From contig CM102286.1 of NCBI GenBank assembly GCA_046563655.1, positions 4,650,001 to 4,714,000 on the forward strand: a DNA stretch of 64,000 nt, written 5' to 3'. The stretch comes from Yuukianura sp. NJ FZ-2021. Lineage: Eukaryota. This document shows positions 53,125-64,000 of the stretch, in pieces. The notes beneath the pieces are model-generated. The model was not told where the DNA came from and made no database searches. It saw only the letters and a list, made by a program, of their open reading frames with translations. How positions within the stretch are numbered: position 1 is the first letter of the stretch; every line of letters begins with the position of its first letter. A program made the translations under genes and the position numbers.

Positions 53125-56073
53125 TTTGGCAAATACGCTCGTAACAGTTTACTGTTAAGCGGCTTTTGCTAGGTTCAGTTACTTCACTTTTAAAAACAAA
53201 AGCTGAAAAGCAGATTAATTTTCACCAAAATCTGAGCTTCTCTTATGTCAAAAGTTTTCATCATTTGCTTTTAGGCCTAATCTTCTCCCTTTTATAATTG
53301 TCTGTCATTGTTTGTTTTTGCTCACTTGTTAAATTTTGTTGCCAGCAGTGCTAAATTCAGGCTAGTGTTACGTAATGTAGGTCACAGCTTCCGAAACAAG
53401 ATCTTCTAAAACAATAAGTTAGCAAACAAAAGGAGCAAAACTTTGCTAAGCCCAGGTCTGTCAGTAAACGCAGGATTCCATAAAGTATTCGTAAACTTTT
53501 TAAAGTTTGAGAAGGATCCACTTTTAGCTGTATTTTTGCTTGAAATTTTGAAACTGATCAATCGAAAATCGTTTTCATATTTTTTGACAATGTATATCCG
53601 TATCGACACAAATTCCTGGCAAATATGTAAAAAATGATTGGAAAAGTTTGATCATGAAAAACTTTCACTAGAGACTTTGTTGTAAACGTCAACTGTTTAT
53701 CAATTTTCTTCTACATATTTAAGCTGTGAGCTTTGAGTCGGAAGTTTGTGATTTTTTGAATTTTGAGTTGTTGAAGGAAGTGAACTTATTTTGGTAAACT
53801 GTAAATCCAAAATCCCTTACCCGAGGGAAATGTGCCAAATACATATTCTATGGGAAGAGTCATAAGGACAGGCTGGAAGATAAGCTTTTTATGTGCCTTT
53901 GAAGTGTGGAGAAAGTAAAGTCCTCGCATCCTTGCCAATAAGTTGAAAGATCCTGTTTCCTCTTGTGGCTCTGATCAAATAAACTTTCTCCCGTACCTTT
54001 TCACCAAAATGGAGAAAAGTGATGAGAAGAACACAGAGGGAATCTTAAAAGAAATTTCAAAATTCTAGGAAAAGAAAGTCTTTTTCATTACAGACTTTCA
54101 TCAAAACAACAACAGAAGACAAGAGATTGACAAAAGTCGCATATTTTGTTTGCTTGGATTCAGTTTCTGAAATTAATCAAAACAAACCTTGTTTCCTTTT
54201 CTCGTTTTATTAATCTGTAAGATGAAGCCAATTTCGTATCAAATTTCAAACTCCCTTACAAAAACAAACATTTTTTCAACTTTTTCTTTTTTTAATGCAT
54301 TTTACAGATCCTAACCTTTCCGTTTGTCATCAGCAAATAAAATGCAACAAACAAATGCAACATTTTGGTTATAAATTGGTTAAAAATGGGAAATTTTAAT
54401 TTTTGAACAAAAAACGGGAAAAATTTGAAATTTGGGAATTTCTTTTTACAATACATTCAAGCATTATCTTTCTTTCTAACATATTTTGGTGCCATATTTC
54501 CGGAGTTTTGGCTTCCGGCGTACAATATTAACTCCATTTTTTGAAACCTTGTTCTCTGCCTTTTATTTTTCTTTTCCAAATTTTTTTCTCCTTTTTTTCC
54601 GTTTTCATTTTCATATGAAAGTTAATCCGAACTGGTTTCGTTTTCACTTTCGTACCTTCTGAAACGATGATGATGAGTCGGTTAGGATTTCATTGTTATT
54701 CGTGGAAAAATGAAAAATGTGAGCCACGTCTTGTACAACACCTTGAGTCCAACCACAGCCTAAACCATTCATTCCTGTTTCAGTTTCAGTTCTATCCGAA
54801 GGAAACGACGTTGATGACCTTCTGGGATAACAATGATGAGGGAGCTGGTTTTAAGTTGTGCTTCTTACAACAATCAAGAAGTACCCTAGGTGCAGGCAGG
54901 GAAACTTAGCCAAAGGGCAGGGAGGATTTTTTCAACTGGAAAACATGCCTTGGCATTGAAATTTCTCAGCCTATACTTCTGCTGAGCCACTTTAATTTAT
55001 CAGATTTCTTACGTTAAGTCAAACCTTAGCGGTCCAACATTACCCAGGAACTTAGACAAGCCTTGGCTAAGGTGTGTCTCCTAGTGGACGAACCCTTCTT
55101 GCTTGTGGGGATCATTTTTACAAGGACTCGTTACGTGAGTAGCAAAGAAAGAGCCCTCATCCTTAATGGATATCCTTCACTTTTTACTTAAAGTCATTTA
55201 AGTTCTGTCACAAACATTGTTAAGTGCTCTTGGAAATTTTGTTTTGGAAGAAAGTGTATAATTCTTGAATTTTAAATTTTTGGAGTACAACGTTTTGGCA
55301 GAAGGCGTCTGCTCAACAAACTGTTCAATTTTTTTCTCTTTGAAATTGTGTCAGTGGAATCAAGGTTTCTGGAAATACGGATTTGAAAACGCATTTTTTT
55401 TTGAGTAATCCAAAAATTTTGAGGCTCAATTTCTGCAACTTTTTTTTTGCAAGTTGAGAAACACAATAGAAGGTTTAGTGCCTAGTTCGAAACCTGTGTC
55501 AGTGTGACAACTGTCAAAATGTGTTCTAGAAATTAGCAAAAAAAAAGCCCCCTGTAAACTATAACTGCACGTCGGGACTTATCCGTTCCATTGTTATTTT
55601 TGGAAGTGGGTGGAAATTATAATGTGGCAGTTTTACATTCTTCAAACAAACCTTTGTTGACTGGGATTCTTGCTAATTTCAGTTGCGTGACTGTGACTGT
55701 GGAGTCAACTTTAAATAATAAAACTGTGTAACCAAAAGCATTAGCGACTGTTTGGCTGTTGCTTTGTGCTATTATTAATTTCTTAAAAGCCAAAAAGTTC
55801 TTCCCCCTGAGAGTCCAGTGTGTCTGTGACAGTTCAGTGACAGTTTCATAACTTAATCTTAGTGGGCTATCACTTTTATACGCACGGGATCCAACTGTAA
55901 CAAGCCCTGTTTCTTTTTATTTTCTGTGTGTGACGTAAACTGACACAAAAATCACTCAAAAACGGAAATTAATTTTGAGAAAATTGCTTTCACCTTTTAG
56001 CACAAAAATAACACAAAAACGTGGAGAATGTGACAAGTTTTTATCAAAAAACTAAAAATAACTCCAGCAGAAA

Positions 56074-58206
56074 ATGAAAATAGAAAGTTCCGTAAGTTTT
56101 GCTTTCCTGAAATAATAGACTACGTATAACCTAGTTTCCACTGAATAACTTTTTACTGAAACTTAATTGTAATTAATGAACCATTTACTAACAAACGATA
56201 AAACAAAACAGAAAGTTTCTCTTGGTTAGTAATTTTTCATTTCCACTAACATTTTTTTCATGTCAAACTTACAAAGTATTTTTTGAAAAGAATGATGTTT
56301 CAAATTGTCATTTCCACTTACTGTCTTCATTTGCCTCATTTTCTTTCAGTAACACGCCATTGCTCCGAAGGGAGTTGCTCCGAATACATTGCCACGAAAT
56401 CAATTGCTCCTAAATTTTATAAACTTACATTAATATGCTTAGCGTAACGAAGAATAGATTATAAATTTTAATATTAGGTTTTGTTAGGCTAATAATTCTG
56501 AGATTACAATTGCATATAACACTATAACACATAGTATATAAAACTGTTTTCGGACCAATTTACCTTTCGGAGCAATTGGTTTCGTGGCAATTAATTCGGA
56601 GCAATGAGCGTCGGAGCAATTCATTCGAAGCAATGGCATGGAACCTTTCTTTCATGCTGTGGCCGCTTTTCCTAAAAACTACTTTGTAAAGGTAATTGGA
56701 AAGGCAAATGACTTACTCTTACTCACCCGCTAACTGTTTTCGTTTTGGTTCGTTTCACAACTGTGATTGTCTATTTCTTTTAAAGAAGATTTTGAAATAG
56801 AAACACCATTCGTTATGCGATTGCATTGCAAAACCAGGTTAAGTTCAAAAACAAAAGCATAGTGAACGGCAAATATTTTTTCGAAATCATTCAAATCACA
56901 GAATATAACAATAGAGAACTAAAATAGATTTATTTTTTTGTGCAAAGAAGAATTATGGAACAGAAATAAAAATAATGTTGGAATTGTATATTTCCGTTGT
57001 TTATAATTAAGTTAAGTTATCCATAGACATATGCAGTTACATATAACAAAGTGAAACTTTATGGTTCAGAGTGATATAAAAACTGAAATGCTTAATTACA
57101 TCAAATCACCAAGTTTAACTTATATTTTATGACATTTTTATTTGTTTAAAACATTGTTCTTTGTTTTCAATCGCTCAAACCTAAACTAAACCACACAGTG
57201 CCATAACTATACAACTGTGCGAATGTAACACGCTCTAAACTTAAGCTTGAAAATAAAAGTTAGTGTGTACTTTTCCTTGCTCTACTTTCTCTGTCTATTG
57301 CTTTCTCTTACTTCCTAATGTAATCGCTTCCAAGGCTTCTGCCGCAGTGAAAAGTTTTACTGGGCGCTTCCTATGACAGCTTGGCAGTTAAGAACTCCAA
57401 ACCTAGTGGTCACAGGGAAAAGTTCTGTGTGTGAGAACTCCTTTTTCATTTGATTCCAAAGTCTCCGAATCAAAATTTGTGTCATCCCCAACTGTAGAGG
57501 CGTAAATTTAATATTCCAGGATGATTTGTGGACGATGCAGCGGAGTCTATCTACATTTACGACCTTTGCCCGTGGTCAAGACTCTGCCACTGCTGGACCA
57601 ACCAGAAACGGATCTTCAACCTACTCGACCAAAAGCCTTCCGCGCCAGACTACTGCCGAAAGTGGTCCATGCCTCAGCCTCCTGCAGCAAAAGACTGATG
57701 AAGATGAACCCAATGGCAGCGGGAAAGGAACTTTCTCGGCTACTTTCCCAAGGCGAGGTGGTGGTCTGTCGAAAGCGAAAGCTGTTTCCGTCCCATTAAT
57801 TCCACTGAAACATGGAAATATGGCTCCCAGTCCACTGCTACCACCGAGACATGCTCAATCCAAGTCTCTCGTCGAGGAATCACGGTCCAACGGTAGCCTT
57901 AACTCAACCAACCAACCCAATTCCCAACACTCACATTCAAATTCCTTGTCATTCCCTTCTGATTCTTCTACGACTGAAAATGGATGGAGTCTGGACAGCT
58001 ACTTTCCAAACCATGACGATGTAAGGCGGTGATACACTAGGTCAAACAGCAACTTTACTTTTACTTTTGCCAACTTTCTCTTTCTTGACAGGTGAAAATT
58101 TTGCGCTTGACGCTCCAGTTGGAAGGTAAGGAAAACAGATTTGGCTTTTCCGTTATCGGAGGACTTGATGAAGGATTTCCGCCGTGCATTGATGAAATTT
58201 TTACAG
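56074..58206 (+). CDS. 5' portion of a PDZ-domain protein (no further exons recognised; probably continues past the window)
   Basis: Exons 56074-56091 (MKIESS, putative), 57520-58020 (Ser-rich) and 58092-58206 (VKILRLTLQLEGKENRFGFSVIGGLDEGFPPCIDEIFT; FGFSVIGG is a PDZ carboxylate-binding-loop pattern), with GT/AG junctions in phase. Confidence 0.75.
56348..56645. mobile_element. MITE-like non-autonomous DNA element with internally repetitive inverted arms and 8-bp TSD
   Basis: Left arm GCCATTGCTCCGAA...TTGCTCCGAA...TTGCCACGAAA..ATTGCTCC mirrors right arm TTCGGAGCAAT..TTTCGTGGCAAT..TTCGGAGCAAT...TTCGAAGCAATGGC. AT-rich spacer. TTTCTTTC flanks both ends (56340-56347, 56646-56653). Confidence 0.8.
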
Positions 58207-61200
58207 GTAAGGAGATCAATCTACTTCTAAATTTTTTTATGAAAACGTCCATTATGCTTTAGATCCTTTCACCAACAAAGAATTCGGTGAAATATTGTGA
58301 AACAGAGAAAGCTTTCTTTTCATTTTTTTTTCTTTTGTAACAAGCTTTTTTCTTCAAAAGTGTGAATACTGCCATCATCGAATTTCTCCTTCATTATCAT
58401 TATCGAAAAAATCGCAGCAAAAACTTTCATTTTTTTTTGTTTTCATTCACTTTTTAGTGAGTTGCAACCCATTTTTCAATTGTTTTCAAAAAATTTTAAT
58501 TCAAAAGGCCCATTCTTACCATTTTTCGTTCCAAATTCTGCCCTTGTTCAAAGTTTCAAAAAATTGTATATACATCCGAAACAAGTACAGACGAAAGCAA
58601 TTTGCTCTAAAATTTGGTTTGTAATTATTTATTTATAAATTTATTCAGAAAAAAAACTTCGTTTCAATCTATCATGATTTTGCAAAATTTTAAGATTAAA
58701 TCTTTGGTGTTCTTGAACCATCGTGATTGAAATTTTAGCAAATCTTGAGATTGAATCTTCAAAGTGCTGTGCTCCTCGCAATACAATGAACTTAATTGGT
58801 GGAACTCAAAATATACACAAAGAGTTCAACAAATTCATTTGACCATGAAACTGAAATGAAAATGACTGCTGTGTTACTCATGACAGTAAACACTACTTAA
58901 CGTTCTTAGAGTTGCAATTAGCATTGTGGAACCTCCACACAAAACTATGCCCATTTCCTCCTGATCCTATTATTGTACAAGTTGTGCTTTTGCAATTTAA
59001 CAAAAGCCCACGCTATAATAAGGCGAGATGAGATCTTGTGTATCTAAAATTGGACGCATCTGAGGGCTTTCAAAGTTACTAACTTCTCCTGTGGGATTTC
59101 GGAAAGAGGACTTTGTTCCCTAGGGCCCAACTAACAAATTTAAATTTCGAGCCTCAACATCTTTGAAAGTCGCGGACATGAAAAGAATATAATGAAAGGT
59201 AAACATTTTTTGAATTCTGGCGGCTTTTAATTTCCACGGCTGTGGCGGCCGACGGTTCATTTTCAGTGGTGTTTAAAAAAAATCAAGAGCTCCATTCAAC
59301 AATAATACCGTAAATCCCTGCAAGCACCGATTTTAATTCGAAACTAATCTCAATCAACACCATTTGATTTCAATTGGTGCCATTATTCCTCTCATCTATA
59401 ATTATTAAAGTCCTGTTAGTACTCACAATGTGTTTAAATTTTCAACAAACCTTCTTTTTTGATGTTACGGAAATGAGAAAAAAAGGTTTGTAAAAGTTTT
59501 GAATAATTTAGGGCTCCTAGGGAGTAATTTCGGAGGCTTAGGGTACTGTATGCCTTATGTAAAAAATGGAGCCTTTTTAATATGCCTTGAGTATGATTTA
59601 AGCTTTAATTCACTTTGTTTTCTCCACTTTCAAAATTAAAGTAACTTTCTCCTTCCATTTAAATTTTTGGTGGCATTCCCATGCCTCCTCGTTGTCCTAC
59701 TTTCACCCGGAACCGCCAGCAGGCCAGTATTTGGAGCAGTAGTCGACTGCTCAGCTCTCTGCCGCTGTGCGTTACCATTTGCTTTTGCTGTAACTTGAAG
59801 TGTAAGGATGCATACTAAAAGAGGGACTTGATCTTCCCATCCATCCCACTTTGGCTTTGATGAGTTGCGACTGCGACTCAATTCGGATTTAATTAAAGTC
59901 CAAGGATAGCTTGTGCTTAGCACCATTGCAAAGCGCTGGGAGTTTTCCCCGAAGTGGATCTTAACGGAATTCAATAAAAGTTTCCAGGGAATTAGGAATG
60001 CATTAAAAACTTTTGAGGAGGAATGAATCATGGACTAAAGAAAGAGAAAGCAAGGGCAATGGTGAAAGTTGGTCCAAGTTCTCACTAACGGTACTTTACT
60101 CCGCTGTTCTTTTTGTCCTCCTTTTCCAACGGATTAAGAACTCGTCTGAAACAGTCTCAAACTCTCCCGAAAAGTATAGCAACTGTGGAGAAAAGTCGGC
60201 AAAAAGAAAGGCTTAGGCTAACCTAACCAATGGAAACAACCAGCAGCCCAGGTCCTATTTCTTCTGAGGTTGAGGCCTTCTCAGTCAAGGGCTCCACCGC
60301 CGTCTTTGCTTTGCGTTCAGCCAGTACCAGTACTACTGCCAGGCTCACCAAAGCAAAAACTCTTAGGTTTTTCCTACTCTTTCTCCGCTGCTTGCTGCTG
60401 GTGTTCCAAGGGATCCGAATCGGAGAAAAGGAAAAACAGGCTGCTAGAAAATATCGATCTCTTTTCTCCTTAAGCATCTCTACCAGTCTCCATATCCAGT
60501 TGCTTTGCCCGGAGAGTCTGGGCGGTGGGTTATACTAGAGGAAAAAGAGAATATCCACCAAGCATGGCACAAGATCTCCATCCAACAGGAATATCCAGAC
60601 TCCTGGAAAATATCGTTTAGAAACTAATGTTGGGCTCGGTTCGGAGAGTTGGTGGTTCTTCCCCCGCGCAGCACACCCTCCCTTTCCTCTCAGCTGCTGG
60701 AAACGCTGTTTTGGGAGGCTGAAACTGGGCTGAACAAAGGAGAAAGTCTTTCTTTTGGCTACAGCCTCAGCACGAGGCCGGTTCATTTTGCTTTCTAGAG
60801 AAAAGATCTTGTTTTAGTCCCATTTTTGAGCTCATCCCCTCCTTAAGGTTCTGTTCCTCAACTGCCAAACTGCTCCTCTGATTTCATTTGAATCAATTAT
60901 TTACCATTTACTACTCGTCTTAATACTCAATTCCATCCCTTAACCTAGTAATACTATCTCCTATTCTCAAACTTTCACTCTCCCTGGCCTTTCAATTTAG
61001 AAAAGCTTAGGTACCTAACCTCAAACACTTTCTGATAGTTCTTTGTATGTCCATCATCAGTTCCTTTGTTAACAAAAGACGCCTAGATTGACACAAGTTC
61101 CAAGTTTTTGAAATTTTGGGTTAAAGAGAAAGTTGGAAAGTGAAAGTTTGTCTTCACACAAACTAATTGTCTACCTGTGATTGAATTTGTGGAAATCCAG

Positions 61201-61466
61201 TCTGTCAGGGCCATTGACTCTCCAAGTGAAAGTGGAGAAAGGCAACTGTCTCCTGACTTTTTTGTGTCCTCGTGCACACATGACATAAGAAAAGTAACGT
61301 TAAAGTTGGAATTGATTGTGAAAACTGTCCTTACCTGCTAGTGTACTGTGTGAAAAAGGACTTTTAGAAATTGCGAATCCGCAAAAGTGGGCTTTCTTTT
61401 CTCCTTTTGTGAATTTCCCCACGACTACTACTATAGGAATCCCTACGTCTAACTACTTTTTTTTGG

Positions 61467-62069
61467 CTAAAAACTTTCTACTTTCCCCTTGAGCCAACAG
61501 TTACACAAGAGCAAGGAACAGTGAAGTGACTTTGTATTTGGGTTGTAACCAACTTTAGCTTGTGCCAAACCTGGACAAACGTTGTCTACCAAACCATCGG
61601 TTGAAAAAGTTCTGTTGAACAGTTCATGTCTCTTGTGGGGTTCCTGCCCAGTCAAACTTGTTAACACTTCGGAGTCAAGGAGAGCTTGACAGTTGAGCAA
61701 AGATAAATAGGGAAGCTTCCCGCTTTCAGAAGATTGGACGAAAGCGATGGTGAAAGTTCCGTTTGAACGTTTCCGCCGCTTTTAGTACATGTGGTTGGCA
61801 TTACAAAAGTGGTCGAACGCTGGATAAAATATACTTGGTTAAACCAAGGCTGGAAGTGAGCTGCTCAATTCCAAAAGGAGAACACAGAACATACTTTGGT
61901 GGTTGATGTAATTAAAAGGCGCGAGAAACCAAAAGTGAGTCTGAGCAGACACTGTGAAAGGAAAGCCAACTGCTGAACTTTCACTTGTGAAACAATTTGA
62001 AATTTGGCGGGGCCCTTTGAAAATCCATCCTGGAACCCTGCTATGTATTCGAGTTGGTGGACTTGACAC
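61467..62069 (-). pseudogene. Degraded spliced coding-like sequence, weakly SET-domain-like
   Basis: A 75-nt GTATGT...TTATCCAG intron (61894-61820) joins WFLAPFNYINHQ|TFDHFCNANHMY* in frame. After the TAA the same frame stays open for ~105 codons. Confidence 0.3.
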
Positions 62070-64000
62070 TTTTGGAACCCTCTGCTATGGTTGATTTAGG
62101 AGGCTACGTTATAATTATTGTGGAAACAAAGGACAAGAAGATCAAGCTCTATGGTGAGCCAATTTAACCTCTCTATTACCATCACTTAAAGTCCCTGTTG
62201 AGACAATTACATTAGTATCGGAAATCAAATTACTCCGCCACTTCCTCCCCTTATGTCTTGTAACTCCGTACTAATCAACAAAATTGGTTCTAATTTACAA
62301 CATTTCTTCGTGAGAAAAAATCCAGCAACAAGAACGTGATTAACCTCGTAATATTTTTCCCGGAGAAAGCTCCAGCATTTCTAACGCATTTCGATAAAAA
62401 TCCAATTTCTGCGCCATTTTGTTCAAAATGACGCAGGAATTCAAAAGCAAAAGCTCAAATTCCTCCGGAAAACTTTACTGTGACACAACATGTGCAGTAG
62501 GATTTTTCGAAGTTTTAAAGAAAGTAAACTTTTTTAAAATTCTAGTTATGTTTTCAACGCACATTTTTGTTTTTATGGCAAAGAAATTTGATTTTCTAGC
62601 ACATAAGATGTGTTGACGCATCTGAATTGGTTTTTTCAACTCATTTTGTATTTTGGTTAGCACTCGAGAGAGGCGTCACGCTGTCAACTCCGCTTAGGGT
62701 TGTAAAGTTCGCAAAGTATGAAATGTTTTGATGACAGTCTGAGAAATTTGGGCATGACAAGTAACCTTACAGCCGCTGGATAAACTCCCTGCTGTTGTTT
62801 TCAAATTGAGTTCAAATGTTTAAAAATACAAACAAAAACAGAACTGTCTCTGAATTTTGAATCATAAGTTGAGTACCGTTGAAGTTAAGTCATAGCAGCT
62901 AGTACAGTCATCGGTTCATAATTTGAAAAGTTTTAATTGAACTCTAAATTTTTTTCCTTCCTTACTGGAATATTTAATTAAAACAGTTTCTTATTTAGGA
63001 TTTGACTTTGCCAGAACACGAGCCAAAGTCAAGACCTATTTCTGCCAATGTTGTTGTACTAGAAACCTATTAACTTCCACTTTGTAGCATCAAGTCCCTC
63101 AGGTATACTTGTTTTAGGTTGACTGTTTTTCTAGTTTCTGAGTCATTTAGTATTACAGCGATCATTCGCAAAAACTGGAAATTGTGGTCTTGATTTTCTT
63201 CTCCTTTTAGGGAAATCAAGGATAAGTGGGAGCATCTTCTGAAAATTTATTGACAGGTTGTTAACACATAACTTTCAGAGTTAAAAACTGAAAATTGTTA
63301 CGCAATTTTTTCATTGAAAACCATTGTTCTTTTGTCGTAAAGAAAAAGAAGTTCAATGAATGACCTAATTTTCCTATGAAACTTTCCAATGTTTACAAAC
63401 TTCTCCGAAAACTTTTCGTTTAAAATCTGATCCATACTATAATCATGCAAATATAATGTCGCAGTTGGAAATTTCTGCGTAAACAGTTTACTTAGAAATG
63501 AGACCAATAATTCAGTAAATCGCAGGTTCACGAGGTACTATGTACAACAACTTTACGCCAAAGTAAGTCTGTTTACTTGCCATAAGATAACGTTCATATG
63601 TACAGATGATTCAAAATAATTTTATAACGAGTCAGAAAACAATACAGTTAGAAATCTAAGAAAAAGTTGAAAAGACAATTTTTCTGAGGAAATGGTCGTT
63701 AAAATTGAGTCACAAACCAAGGCATAACAAATCATATTACAATCGTCGTTCCAAGAATCCGAACTGTTTGGTCTATCCAAACGAAAGCTTTTTTTGCGTA
63801 GTTTTCCTTAATTTGGATACGCAGACACATCTCACTTTCACACTAAAATTAAAACACAAAGTTTCGCATCCCTTCATACTGTCGATTGCCATTTGCCTCT
63901 GTGCGAATTTACAAATCAAATTTTGTCCAAGTGAAAGTAAAATTAAAACGAGTAAAAGTCTGCCTAGTTTTCCCGCGCATCCATTTCACTGCCAGGTTTC

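Noticed and set aside
6181..60227. Scattered TTAGG/CCTAA dimers (e.g. ~6181, 19320, 28770, 44961, 60218) as interstitial telomeric sequence
   Set aside because: Never more than two or three units, so not an array.

Overview
Eukaryotic, AT-rich genomic DNA with compact genes and mostly short (about 60-120 nt) GT-AG introns. Gene content and intron style suggest an arthropod, possibly a springtail-like hexapod (inference only). I spliced most genes by hand and checked phase at each junction. Left to right: four tandem minus-strand genes for secreted or membrane proteins (A-D); an H2.0/HLX homeobox gene; TPGS2; synaptotagmin-14/16 (minus strand), with a fifth secreted Gly-His-repeat gene (E) apparently nested antisense in its first intron; a full-length tRNA-derived SINE with an 18-bp target-site duplication (TSD); an SDR-fold gene with every catalytic motif degenerate; CWF19L2 head-to-head with METTL14; an orphan Lys-rich gene; and the 5' part of a PDZ-domain gene whose introns hold a MITE and degraded coding-like sequence. 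The most interesting system is the A-E set. These proteins are barely alignable but share parts of one architecture: signal peptide, His/Ser-rich region, internal hydrophobic helix, furin-type sites and a terminal C-x5/6-C...C-x3-[FY]-x2-C (DM4/DM12-like) module. Two perfect nuclear-receptor DR1 elements sit at the head of the A-D array. No database searches were run, so product names rest on motif recognition.
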